Shown: positions 29,503-38,775, numbered from the stretch's first letter. The stretch is DNA of 54,873 nt from an uncultured Collinsella sp. (GCA_902478875.1 CABSMZ010000001.1:1-54873); one strand, 5' to 3'. Made by a program: numbers and translations. The notes: generated from the letters alone by a model not told the origin.

Positions 29503-30786
29503 ATGCTTGATATCAAGTTTGTTCGCGAGAACCCCGATGCCATCGATGTCGCCATGGCTAACCGCCAGACGTCTTGGGATCGCGAGAAGTTCTTTGAGCT
29601 CGACGACGAGCGTCGTGCCGTCATCACCGAGGTTGAGGAACTTCAAGCCACGCGCAATGCCGAGTCCAAGAAGATCGGCGCCCTGATGAAGGAGGGCAAG
29701 AAGGACGAGGCCGAGGCCGCCAAGAAGGCCGTGCGCGCCGTCAACGAGAAGATTGACGGTCTGGCCGAGCGCCGCACCGCCCTCGAGCAGGAGCAGTACG
29801 ACTTCATGGCTCACCTGCCCAACATTCCTTGCGAGGCCACGCCGTACGGCAAGGACGAGGACGAGAACATCGAGCGCCGTCGTTGGGGCACCCCGCGCGA
29901 GTTCGACTTCGACTTTAAGCCGCACTGGGATCTGGGCACCGACCTCGACATCCTTGACTTCGAGCGCGGCAACAAGCTCTCCGGCAGCCGTTTCACCGTT
30001 CTCGGTGGCGCCGGCGCCCGCCTGGAGCGCGCCCTTATCAACTTCTTCCTCGATACGCACACCAGCCGTGGCTTTAAGGAGTGGTGGCCGCCTATCGTCG
30101 TCAAGCGTCAGACCATGTTCGGCACGGGCCAGCTGCCCAAGTTCGAAGACGACGCCTATCACGTCTCGGGCGACAACTTCCTGATTCCCACCGCCGAGGT
30201 CGTGCTCACCAACCTGCACGCCGGCGAGGTCCTCGATGCCGACACTCTGCCGCGCCGCTACACCGCCTTCACCCCCTGCTTCCGCGAGGAGGCCGGTTCC
30301 GCCGGTCGCGATACCCGTGGCATCATCCGTCAGCACGAGTTCGACAAAGTCGAGATGGTCAAGTTCGCTAAGCCGGAGGAGTCCGACGAGGAGCTCGAGA
30401 GCATGACCGCCGAGGCCGAGTACCTGCTGCAGCAGCTGGGCCTTCCGTATCGCGTGATTAGCCTGTGCACCGGCGACTTGGGCTTCTCTGCCCGTCAGAC
30501 CTACGACATCGAGGTCTGGCTGCCGAGCTACAACGCCTACAAGGAGATCAGCTCCTGCTCCAACTGCGGCGACTTCCAAGCCCGTCGCGCCAACATCAAG
30601 TATCGCGACCCCGAGAACTTCAAGGGTTCGCGCTACCTGCACACCCTTAACGGTTCCGGCCTGCCGGCTGGTCGTACCATGGCTGCCATTCTGGAGAACT
30701 ACCAGAACGCCGACGGCACCATCACGATCCCCGAGGTCCTGCGTCCCTACATGGGCGGCCTCGAGAAGATTGAGCCGGTCGCGTAA
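29503..30786 (+). CDS. serS: Serine--tRNA ligase
   Basis: MLDIK start after [32 protein letters not shown] and HTLNGSG motifs. Confidence 0.98.
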   Translation: MLDIKFVRENPDAIDVAMANRQTSWDREKFFELDDERRAVITEVEELQATRNAESKKIGALMKEGKKDEAEAAKKAVRAVNEKIDGLAERRTALEQEQYDFMAHLPNIPCEATPYGKDEDENIERRRWGTPREFDFDFKPHWDLGTDLDILDFERGNKLSGSRFTVLGGAGARLERALINFFLDTHTSRGFKEWWPPIVVKRQTMFGTGQLPKFEDDAYHVSGDNFLIPTAEVVLTNLHAGEVLDADTLPRRYTAFTPCFREEAGSAGRDTRGIIRQHEFDKVEMVKFAKPEESDEELESMTAEAEYLLQQLGLPYRVISLCTGDLGFSARQTYDIEVWLPSYNAYKEISSCSNCGDFQARRANIKYRDPENFKGSRYLHTLNGSGLPAGRTMAAILENYQNADGTITIPEVLRPYMGGLEKIEPVA

Positions 30787-30809
30787 CTTGGCTGCATAGG
30801 CGATATGCA

Positions 30810-30837
30810 AGGGCGCTCCTTCGGGGGCGCCCTATTT
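30810..30837 (+). terminator. Intrinsic terminator after serS
   Basis: agggcgctcc-ttcg-ggggcgccct followed by attt. Confidence 0.7.
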
Positions 30838-30886
30838 CGTGCGCAGGTCCATACCATGCCGTGCGGACAGCTCAATAGAAAACACA

Positions 30887-30900
30887 CGAACAACTGTTCT
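30887..30900. promoter_or_regulatory. Candidate LexA (Cheo-type) SOS box
   Basis: cGAAC-aact-GTTCt, about 60 bp upstream of ORF 30960. Confidence 0.55.
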
Positions 30901-30959
30901 GTATACAGCAATCTACCTGCTATGCTTTTGCTAAATAAGAGCGAGAGAAAGGGGACGCG

Positions 30960-31337
30960 ATGGAGCTGTTTGATGATCGGGTGGTTTTGTTTGAGAGCGA
31001 CGAGGGCGGGGAGTACCTGCTTGTAACGTGTGAGCCGTCTGGCATGGGTGGCCTGGTGGTTCGACAGACGAGCGAGGGTCCGTTGACCCAATGGTGCTAC
31101 GAGGAGTCGCCGCATGTGGTTGAGACGTTTGTGGCGCACGAGGGGCTTGTGGCCCTGGAGCATTTCTATGGGGTCCGGACATCTAACCAGGTTGCTCGCA
31201 TGTTGAGTATCTCGTTTGCCGATTATGATTGTGCCCAGCGGGTGAGATCGCTCCTGAGGGAACTTGATGCTAAGTTTGACGTGATCGAAAAGCCAATCGA
31301 TCGTACGGGGAACGACGGTATATGCGGAGCAGCATGA
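30960..31337 (+). CDS. Hypothetical protein (125 aa)
   Basis: ATG after GAAAGGGG; acidic, globular-looking ORF with no recognised motif. Confidence 0.7.
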   Translation: MELFDDRVVLFESDEGGEYLLVTCEPSGMGGLVVRQTSEGPLTQWCYEESPHVVETFVAHEGLVALEHFYGVRTSNQVARMLSISFADYDCAQRVRSLLRELDAKFDVIEKPIDRTGNDGICGAA

Positions 31338-31414
31338 CAAAACTGCGTTCCACAAAAAAGTTTGAGATTGTGCTTGACTCCAATAAGCTAAAGTGGTTTT
31401 ATATGTCTTGCGCT

Positions 31415-31491
31415 GCGGCGTTACCTCAGCTGGATAGAGGGTCTGACTACGAATCAGAACGTCATAGGTTCGAATCCTATACGCCGCACCA
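31415..31491 (+). tRNA. tRNA-Arg(ACG), copy 1
   Basis: 77 nt; anticodon arm tctga-ctACGaa-tcaga; ends CCA. Confidence 0.96.
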
Positions 31492-31545
31492 ATAGAACTT
31501 AAAGCCTCCGGCAACGGGGGCTTTTCTTTTATGCCGGCGCCGCAT

Positions 31546-31576
31546 GGATTCGAATCTCAGCCGAGGCGTGAGCGTC
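31546..31576 (+). repeat. Truncated tRNA-linked element (anti-T-arm plus first bases of the scaffold)
   Basis: ggattcgaatct (1 mismatch to anti-T-arm) then cgaggcgtgagcgtc, matching the scaffold start at 31802. Confidence 0.75.
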
Positions 31577-31654
31577 TTAATCATCACTTCGTAAAATTTT
31601 TCTAAATTGTCGCTTGACCCATCGAGGGGTCACGTGCATAATAATCCGTGCGTT

Positions 31655-31731
31655 GCGGCGTTACCTCAGCTGGATAGAGGGTCTGACTACGAATCAGAAC
31701 GTCATAGGTTCGAATCCTATACGCCGCACCA
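31655..31731 (+). tRNA. tRNA-Arg(ACG), copy 2
   Basis: Identical to copy 1; own promoter TTGACC-17-CATAAT (31614-31642). Confidence 0.96.
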
Positions 31732-31958
31732 ACTGAGTTTTAAGCCTCCGGCAACGGGGGCTTTTCCTTTACGGGGGCATTGCGGAGATTCGAACCTCGT
31801 TCGAGGCGCGAGCGTCAAGAAAACGCGGAGCGTTTTTAGCGAGCGGGCGAGTCCGCCGACAGGCGGGCGAAGCCGGTGCGGATCCGCGCAGCGGATGCGC
31901 GGAATCCTATACGCCGCACCAATTGAATTTTAAAGCCTCCGGTAACGGAGGCTTTTCT
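31712..31958 (+). repeat. tRNA-Arg-linked element (full)
   Basis: Anti-T gattcgaacct 31787-97; scaffold 31802-31901; tRNA 3' end repeated from 31902 (period 190) with a diverged terminator copy. Confidence 0.9.
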
Positions 31959-32079
31959 TATATCGCGATGCGTCGAAGATCGCATCAAGTGGTCAAAATG
32001 AGTAAAAATCAAATTCAATAACTTTTTTTGAAAAACGCTTGACCTTTATTCAGTCCATGTGCATAATAATCAACAAGTT

Positions 32080-32156
32080 GCGGCGTTACCTCAGCTGGAT
32101 AGAGGGTCTGACTACGAATCAGAACGTCATAGGTTCGAATCCTATACGCCGCACCA
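32080..32156 (+). tRNA. tRNA-Arg(ACG), copy 3
   Basis: Identical to copy 1; own promoter TTGACC-17-CATAAT (32039-32067). Confidence 0.96.
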
Positions 32157-32386
32157 TTTGAGATTAAAGCTCCCGGCAACGGGGGCTTTTCTTTTACGTA
32201 AGCAATACATGGATTCGAACCTCGGTCGAGGCGCGGGCGTAAAGAAAACGCGGAGCGTTTTTAGCCCGCGGGCGAGCGCGCCGGCAGGCGGGCGAAGCCG
32301 GTGCGGATCCGCGAAGCGGATGCGCGGAATCCTATACGCCGCACCATTTGAGATTAAAGCTCCCGGCAACGGGGGGCTTTTCTTTT
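32137..32386 (+). repeat. tRNA-Arg-linked element (full)
   Basis: Anti-T ggattcgaacct 32211-22; scaffold; 32137-32195 repeated at 32327-32386 with one extra G. Confidence 0.9.
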
Positions 32387-32510
32387 GCGCCAGCTTGAGT
32401 GCTTTCGTCCAAAGGGACGATTTCCTGTCGACTCGTGTAAGATTCCGAGTAGGTGTCGCGGCCCATCCGCGACCACTCCTTCTTCAAGCGACCGATCAGG
32501 GTGATATTTC

Positions 32511-34952
32511 GTGGCAGAGCGTCCGACATACAAGCTCAGGTTTCTCGATCCCAAGAAGCGCTTTCCGGCGATGCCCGAGCAGCCTGCGGGACGCTCATAT
32601 GGCGTGGTCTGGAAACTCTTTGGCGAGGACCAGCATGAATCTTGTTATGTCGTCGAATTCGTTGGCAAAAGTCATGTGTCGCTTTTGGGCTACGTAAGCG
32701 TTTCGGGTGAGGTGTACAAGGTGGACCGCCCCGTCAGCGAGGCTCCGCTGCCCAACGATCCCGACATGGAACTGGTCCTTGACGAGTCGGATTCCAGTAT
32801 TGGTGAGATTATGGTAAGGGAAGTCAGCGGTGCAATGCACGCATGTGCGCAAACTGTCGGTTCTCCCGAAGGCCCCATGCGCGAGCAGTCCGACCACGAG
32901 ACATGGAATTCGACCCGCGCCCTTCCTTACGGCGAGTTCATGGCATCGATGTTCCTGCGCTACGTGATATTCGCTGACTCCGAAAATGCCATTGCGAGCA
33001 CGGCGGATGCCGGCGGACTCGACGAGGGTATGCAAAATGTTGTCGACAAGATCAAGCTCGTAAAGTTGCCCGAGCCGGTCGAGGTGTTTTTGGGCTTTAA
33101 CACGGCACCGCTACCTGACGCTATCGAGACGCTGCTTTACCGCGTTGACCATGCCGAGAATCCGAGCGGTATCGAGCGCTATGCCGCCACCCTTATGAGC
33201 GAAATTGACTTGCCCCGTCTGCGCACCATCGCTGCCAAGTCCGAAATGAGCCTGGCGCGCATCGACCGGTCAAAGCTGTTTTATCTCAATTTTGATCGTA
33301 GCCTGCTGGACCAGGACGAGATTGACATGCTGCTTGCCATCGAGTGCCGTCTTAACCGCCTTTCCGGCATCCTTGAGCGCATCGGGGCCGGATTGGCCCC
33401 CGCGGCCTCGTCGCCGAGCCTTGAGGGCTGTGCACTCTTTGATTCGTGGCATATCGCTAAGACGACCAACGATGTTCCCCGACTGCTCGATACGGCCTCG
33501 AGCGATAACCCGTGGGGCAAACCGGGTACGGTGGCTTGCCAGCCGGGCGGCGAGTGGGACGTGCGCACCCGTTTTGCGCGAATCGTTGAGGCGCTCAACG
33601 TGGTCACACGGCTCGACTATACCTATCGGGCAAACGTTGCCGAGGGGATTATGCTCGTTCGGTTTGGGCGGTCTGTCGTGGATGCTATGCCGCAACGTGA
33701 ATACGACGCCCAAGATGACGCCTGGCGCGAGCTGGACGAGGACACGCGTGCGATCTGGGCCGCGGAGCACGATGCGCGCGTGGCACTCACGCTTGCGGCA
33801 GCGTGTTTTGCCGCGGGCGCCTGCATCACGCGCTGCTATGTGCAGATTGCTGCTCCCGACAGCGAGCAGGGCGAGCGCGTTGTCGCAACGTATTACTTTG
33901 GGCGCGCGGCCTATCTGGCCGATAGCGTGTCTGTCGCCAAGGATCTTGAGAGCATGGACATGGACGATATGCCGTGCAAGTGTGTACTTGAGGCGTATGA
34001 GTCAACCGCTCCGGAGACGATTGAGCCTGCGGAGGTTCATGCTCGTCCGCGTGATGACCATCGCACGCTGCCGCCGGCGCTGCGCGATCTGCTACTTGCC
34101 GATACGGCTGACGAGTTGGAGGTCATGGAAGAGGCCGACGACCCATACGTGGCCCGTGTTGTTGAATTGCGCGAGCAGGCAAAAGTCGACCGTACAGGTG
34201 CTTTTGAAGGCTTTTCCCGTCTTGTCGAGGAGTTGGAGGCTAAGTGCGCCGTCGCCGAGCTTTTGGCGACAGGTCCGGTTCAAACGCAGTTTTGTGATAA
34301 CCAGCTGGTGCGCATGGTGCTACCGGTGTTGGAAGAAGACCGCTCGGTGCGAATCCTTCGTGCGCCCGATGCGCTGTACTTTGCCCAGCACGAGATCTGC
34401 AGCTTTTACGCCGAGCAAGAGGACTTTGAACGAGCGCTGCCCGAGGTGCGCCATCTTTACGATCTGGCGCGCTCGTCCATGCAATCGCACTTTGCGCTCA
34501 TCAACGTGCTTGCGCGTCTGGAGCGCTTTGACGAGATTATCGAGGTGGCGCGCCACGGCCTACGTATTGCCAGCGATCGTTCTGCAATCGGCTACCTGTT
34601 CTATCGCTTGGCGTTTGCCTATTGGAATTGCGATCAGCTCGACCTGGCGCTGGCTTGTTACCGTCTGGTGCCGCGTGGAGAGGAGTCGGGCAGCAGCGCG
34701 CTGGAAGAAATGCAGGGCCTTATGAACGAGATGGGTGTCAGCGAGCCTCCGACGTTCGAGGAAGCGGTCGAGGCCATCCGCAAGGCTGGACTCGAGCTGC
34801 CGCCAGTGTCTGCGGTGACCAATCAGCTTGCGGATGCCGCTGTGCAACTGGTCGACAACGGTTTCTTTTTCCTGGCACGCGGTTGCATCTTCCAAATGTG
34901 GCGCACCATGGGCAACGACGAGCTCGGCTCCCTCAACCGCTCGCTGGGGTAG
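32511..34952 (+). CDS. Large hypothetical protein with C-terminal TPR-like helical repeats
   Basis: 813-aa ORF with typical codon usage; C-terminal FERAL..., FDEIIEVARHGL and YRLAFAYW...LDLALACY look TPR-like. Confidence 0.65.
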   Translation: MAERPTYKLRFLDPKKRFPAMPEQPAGRSYGVVWKLFGEDQHESCYVVEFVGKSHVSLLGYVSVSGEVYKVDRPVSEAPLPNDPDMELVLDESDSSIGEIMVREVSGAMHACAQTVGSPEGPMREQSDHETWNSTRALPYGEFMASMFLRYVIFADSENAIASTADAGGLDEGMQNVVDKIKLVKLPEPVEVFLGFNTAPLPDAIETLLYRVDHAENPSGIERYAATLMSEIDLPRLRTIAAKSEMSLARIDRSKLFYLNFDRSLLDQDEIDMLLAIECRLNRLSGILERIGAGLAPAASSPSLEGCALFDSWHIAKTTNDVPRLLDTASSDNPWGKPGTVACQPGGEWDVRTRFARIVEALNVVTRLDYTYRANVAEGIMLVRFGRSVVDAMPQREYDAQDDAWRELDEDTRAIWAAEHDARVALTLAAACFAAGACITRCYVQIAAPDSEQGERVVATYYFGRAAYLADSVSVAKDLESMDMDDMPCKCVLEAYESTAPETIEPAEVHARPRDDHRTLPPALRDLLLADTADELEVMEEADDPYVARVVELREQAKVDRTGAFEGFSRLVEELEAKCAVAELLATGPVQTQFCDNQLVRMVLPVLEEDRSVRILRAPDALYFAQHEICSFYAEQEDFERALPEVRHLYDLARSSMQSHFALINVLARLERFDEIIEVARHGLRIASDRSAIGYLFYRLAFAYWNCDQLDLALACYRLVPRGEESGSSALEEMQGLMNEMGVSEPPTFEEAVEAIRKAGLELPPVSAVTNQLADAAVQLVDNGFFFLARGCIFQMWRTMGNDELGSLNRSLG

Positions 34953-35044
34953 GCGAAGCCTCCAAGGAGGAAAGGATGCTAGGCAATTAGAAAATTTCCT
35001 CTTGCCCATCCTTGGCTGTTTGGTTACTATAGAACGGCTGTTAC

Positions 35045-35135
35045 GGAGAGCTGACCGAGAGGCCGAAGGTGCTCGCCTGCTAAGCGAGTATGCCCCAAAA
35101 GGGCATCTGGGGTTCGAATCCCCAGCTCTCCGCCA
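35045..35135 (+). tRNA. tRNA-Ser(GCT)
   Basis: 91 nt with long variable arm; anticodon arm ctcgc-ctGCTaa-gcgag; ends CCA; promoter TTGCCC...TACTAT upstream. Confidence 0.96.
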
Positions 35136-35189
35136 GTAAGACTTTAAAGAAGGGTTCCGAAAGGGGCCCTTTTTTAGTTGAACCACGTT

Positions 35190-35207
35190 AGCTGGGGATT
35201 CGAACCC
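35190..35207 (+). repeat. 18-nt antisense copy of the tRNA-Ser T-arm (element remnant)
   Basis: agctggggattcgaaccc is the exact reverse complement of 35110-35127. Confidence 0.85.
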
Positions 35208-35266
35208 TCAAAAAAAGAGGCATCCTTTCGGACGCCTCCTTTCAGTGGGCTGATTATTCTTGCGCT

Positions 35267-36607
35267 CTACACCTCAGGAGCCTTGGCGACGGTCTCGCTC
35301 TCTGCCGCAAGTGGCCGGTTGTCGATGCGGCGGCCCAAGCGATCGAGCTTCACGAGCAGCCATTCAATGGGATTCGGTCCTGCGCCTTCCTCGTCGGCAA
35401 CCAGGTCCATGACGGCGATCTTGGTGCCGTCCTGCTTGAGCGTAACGCTGCCCACCTTGTTGCCCACATGCACCGTGCCCGAAAGATCGTCGTAGCTAAC
35501 CTTTTCGGTCACCTCGCCGGCAAGGGAAAACACGGTCGCTTGCGCCGTAGGATCGGCGAGCGTGGCGTCGATCGTCTTATCCGTCCAGTCGGTTTGACTA
35601 ATGCGCGCCATAAGCGGGTTGCCGTTGGCGGTCTTTTCCTGCGTGTTGGCGATTGCGACCGCCGCCTTGTGACCGTAGTACCAATTGGCAAGGGTTGCGG
35701 TATCGGTAAAGCGCTGGTCGGTGGTAGTGGAGTTCAAAACGACGGTGTAGATCTCGTCGCCATCGCGGTTGTAGGCACTCGTAAAGCAATAGCCTGCATC
35801 GTCGGTGGTGCCGGTCTTGCCGCCGATGTTGCCATCTTGGCCCAGCAAATAGTTATGCGTGTCCATGGAATGCGAATGGTCGGTGCCGTCGGCGCCCGTG
35901 ACTTCGATCCAGGAATCCTCGCTCGCTACGACCTCGCGGATCGTGTCGTTTTTCATGGCCTCCTGCATCATCAGCGCTACGTCGTGTGCGGTTGAGTGCA
36001 TATTGCCAGCCCACTCATCAAAGTCCAGACCATGCGGGTTTTCAAAAAGCGTACCGGTGCAGCCGAGCTTCTTAGCGCGCTCGTTCATGGCCTTCACAAA
36101 TGTGGCCTCGGCGTCTTTGGTCTTAGGGTCGATTTTCTTGCCCACATATTCGGCGAGCACGATGGCGGCGTCGTTGCCCGAGGGAATCATCAGGCCGCGC
36201 AGTGCCTGCTCCACGGTAAGCTCGTCGCCTTCGAGCAAGCCGGCGGTCGAATTACCCACAGTGGCTGCGGCGTTGCTCACCGTGACCTTCTCGTCCATCT
36301 TGCAATTCTCGACGGTTAGGATTGCGGTCATGACCTTGGTGATCGAGGCAATCTTGACCTGCTCATCGGCGCCGCGCCCATAGTAGACGGTGCCGTCTTT
36401 GCCCATGACGAGGGCATTGGTCGCATCGATATCGGGCAGGTTTTCGGCCGTGATGCCGCGCGCATCGGCGGTTTTGCCGCAAACATTGTCGGTCGTGAGC
36501 ACTTGGGCGCCGGCGACGGTGGGCGCGCCAGCGGCAAGGGCGATAGCGCAGACAAAGCCGGCGGCAAGCTGGGCTGAGCGCTTTGCAAAAGAGGTGAGGG
36601 ACTTCAC
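35267..36607 (-). CDS. D-alanyl-D-alanine carboxypeptidase (peptidase S11); start approximate
   Basis: SITK, SGNDAA, NPHGL and GKTG motifs; signal peptide-like N-terminus from GTG 36607. Confidence 0.9.
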   Translation of the reverse strand: MKSLTSFAKRSAQLAAGFVCAIALAAGAPTVAGAQVLTTDNVCGKTADARGITAENLPDIDATNALVMGKDGTVYYGRGADEQVKIASITKVMTAILTVENCKMDEKVTVSNAAATVGNSTAGLLEGDELTVEQALRGLMIPSGNDAAIVLAEYVGKKIDPKTKDAEATFVKAMNERAKKLGCTGTLFENPHGLDFDEWAGNMHSTAHDVALMMQEAMKNDTIREVVASEDSWIEVTGADGTDHSHSMDTHNYLLGQDGNIGGKTGTTDDAGYCFTSAYNRDGDEIYTVVLNSTTTDQRFTDTATLANWYYGHKAAVAIANTQEKTANGNPLMARISQTDWTDKTIDATLADPTAQATVFSLAGEVTEKVSYDDLSGTVHVGNKVGSVTLKQDGTKIAVMDLVADEEGAGPNPIEWLLVKLDRLGRRIDNRPLAAESETVAKAPEV

Positions 36608-36804
36608 GGATTTCGCTTTCGACGGGATGGTCTCTTCTGGAACTAGAGTATATCGTTTGCCGGCGTCGGCGATCATCGCGTGCGCGCTTGGCCCACATCC
36701 GCACCCGAACGGGCACAAGGGTGCTTAAGGCCGACTTAATCACCCACGCTTGTTGTGTGTGGCGTGCGTCGCCTCAGGCATAATGGAGCGCGAGAGGAGC
36801 ACGC

Positions 36805-37500
36805 ATGAACGAGCGCATTTTGGTAGTTGATGACGAGAAGGCCATCGCCGACTTGGTTGGCATCTACCTTACAAAAGAGGGCTTTGATGTCCAGATTGCC
36901 TATAGCGGGGCCGATGCTGCCAAGGCGATTTTGGAGCAGGAGTTCGATCTGGCGCTGCTTGATGTCATGCTGCCCGATATCGATGGGTTTGAGCTGCTGC
37001 GTACGATCCGTTCCAGCCATACCTATCCCGTGATCATGCTGACGGCGCGCGATGCCCAGCAAGACAAGATCGGGGGCCTTTCGCTTGGCGCGGACGATTA
37101 CGTGGTTAAGCCGTTCCGTCCGCTGGAGCTCATCGCGCGCGTGCACGCTCAGCTTCGCCGCTACACCAGCTACGGTAGCCGTGCACAGGCGGCCGAGTCG
37201 CCGACCATTCAGCTCGACGGCTTGGAGATCAACCGCGATGCTCGTTCCGTGACAGTGGACGGTTCACCGGTTCGCCTCACGCCCACCGAGTATTCAATCT
37301 TGCTGTATCTGGTCGAGCATCGCGGCAGCGTGGTGGCCGTGGAGGACCTGTTCCGCGCGGTGTGGAACGAGGACTTTATGCCCGGCTCCAACAATACGGT
37401 GATGGTGCATATTCGCCACTTGCGCGAAAAGATTGGCGACGACGCACAAAAGCCACGCTTTATCAAAAACGTCTGGGGCGTCGGCTACATCATCGAATAA
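36805..37500 (+). CDS. OmpR-family response regulator, VanR-like
   Basis: ILVVDD, LDVMLP, GADDYVVKPFRPLEL, NNTVMVHIRHLREK and IKNVWGVGY motifs. Confidence 0.9.
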   Translation: MNERILVVDDEKAIADLVGIYLTKEGFDVQIAYSGADAAKAILEQEFDLALLDVMLPDIDGFELLRTIRSSHTYPVIMLTARDAQQDKIGGLSLGADDYVVKPFRPLELIARVHAQLRRYTSYGSRAQAAESPTIQLDGLEINRDARSVTVDGSPVRLTPTEYSILLYLVEHRGSVVAVEDLFRAVWNEDFMPGSNNTVMVHIRHLREKIGDDAQKPRFIKNVWGVGYIIE

Positions 37501-37526
37501 CGCTTTTCGCTTGTGAGGATCTTGAT

Positions 37527-38765
37527 ATGACAAAAGACGATAGGCAAGCGTTCGAGGTGCTCGATCGGCTCTTTGAATACGTGAGGTCGGTCGTCGACAA
37601 CCGCGCGCTTGCAACGGTGCTGCTCTTTTTGCTGAGCCTGCTGCTGATTGGCATCGACAACATCGTCGGAATCTTGGCGGTGCTGCTTGTCGGCTTTTTG
37701 CTGATCGATCGATTTGAGATCGTGTGCCGCTGCGTGGTGATTGGCGGCGCCGCGTGGACCATGACGTTGGCGATTGGCGCCATGGCGCTCGGCGGCATCG
37801 AAGGGCCGGTGCTGTTCGATGCCGGCTTTGTATTCAACATGCTTGGCTTTGTGCTGGCGCTTGCCGCGTGCGTGCTGTTCTTGTGTGGCCGCGCCCTGTA
37901 CTACCAGGGCTACGAGCAGGGCGAGCAGCATGCCGATTGTGTGCTGGCCGCTCGTATTCAAGATCGCCTGATCGATCACCCCGACACCTGGGACAACATC
38001 GACGGCGACTTCTTGGAGGTCGAGGGCGCCCTTAACCGCGTGCGTGACCGTGAGCGCAAGGTGCAGCAAGCTCTGCGTGACGAGTCGCATCGCAAGGACG
38101 ATCTGGTCACGTACTTGGCACATGACCTACGCACCCCGCTTGCCAGTGTGGTGGGCTATCTTTCGCTGCTGCAAGAGGCTCCTGAGCTGCCGGTTGAGCA
38201 ACGTGCGCACTTTACGGGCGTGGCTCTCGACAAGGCGCACCGGCTCGATGCGCTCATCGAAGAGTTCTTCGATATCACACGCTTTGACTTCCACGATATC
38301 GTGCTCACGCGCGGCTATGTTGATCTGGGGTTGCTGCTGGCTCAGGTGGCTGACGAGTTCTATCCCATCCTCAACGAGCAGCATAAGGAAGCCCAAGTTG
38401 ATATTCGCGAGGACCTGACGGTGCTCGTGGATGGCGACAAGATGGCTCGCGTGTTCAACAACATCATGAAAAACGCCGTCGCCTATAGCTATGAGGGCTC
38501 GACTATCACGATTGAGGCCAGACGCCGGGACGACGGTGGCGTGCGCGTGCGCTTTATCAATCAGGGCGATCCCATCCCTGAGGCAAAGCTCAAGGTGATC
38601 TTTGAGAAGTTCTATCGCCTGGATGCGGCGCGTGCGACCAATCGCGGTGGTGCCGGTCTGGGCCTTGCTATTGCCAAGGAGATCATCGCGGCACACGGCG
38701 GTACCGTTGCATGTGAATCGACGCCCGAACACACGATATTCACCATCGAGCTGCCCGCCGCATAG
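37527..38765 (+). CDS. Sensor histidine kinase, VanS-like
   Basis: TM segments; YLAHDLRTPL, EEFFDITRF, NAVAYS and GGAGLGL motifs. Confidence 0.9.
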   Translation: MTKDDRQAFEVLDRLFEYVRSVVDNRALATVLLFLLSLLLIGIDNIVGILAVLLVGFLLIDRFEIVCRCVVIGGAAWTMTLAIGAMALGGIEGPVLFDAGFVFNMLGFVLALAACVLFLCGRALYYQGYEQGEQHADCVLAARIQDRLIDHPDTWDNIDGDFLEVEGALNRVRDRERKVQQALRDESHRKDDLVTYLAHDLRTPLASVVGYLSLLQEAPELPVEQRAHFTGVALDKAHRLDALIEEFFDITRFDFHDIVLTRGYVDLGLLLAQVADEFYPILNEQHKEAQVDIREDLTVLVDGDKMARVFNNIMKNAVAYSYEGSTITIEARRRDDGGVRVRFINQGDPIPEAKLKVIFEKFYRLDAARATNRGGAGLGLAIAKEIIAAHGGTVACESTPEHTIFTIELPAA

Positions 38766-38775
38766 TCAGCGTGCC

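Noticed and set aside
31415..32386. Regularly spaced repeats resembling a CRISPR array
   Set aside because: The repeats are tRNA-Arg genes and their 3' fragments, the intervening sequences are related to each other, and there are no cas genes.
36805..38765. Vancomycin resistance cluster
   Set aside because: No D-Ala-D-Lac/Ser ligase, dehydrogenase, racemase or vanX in the window.
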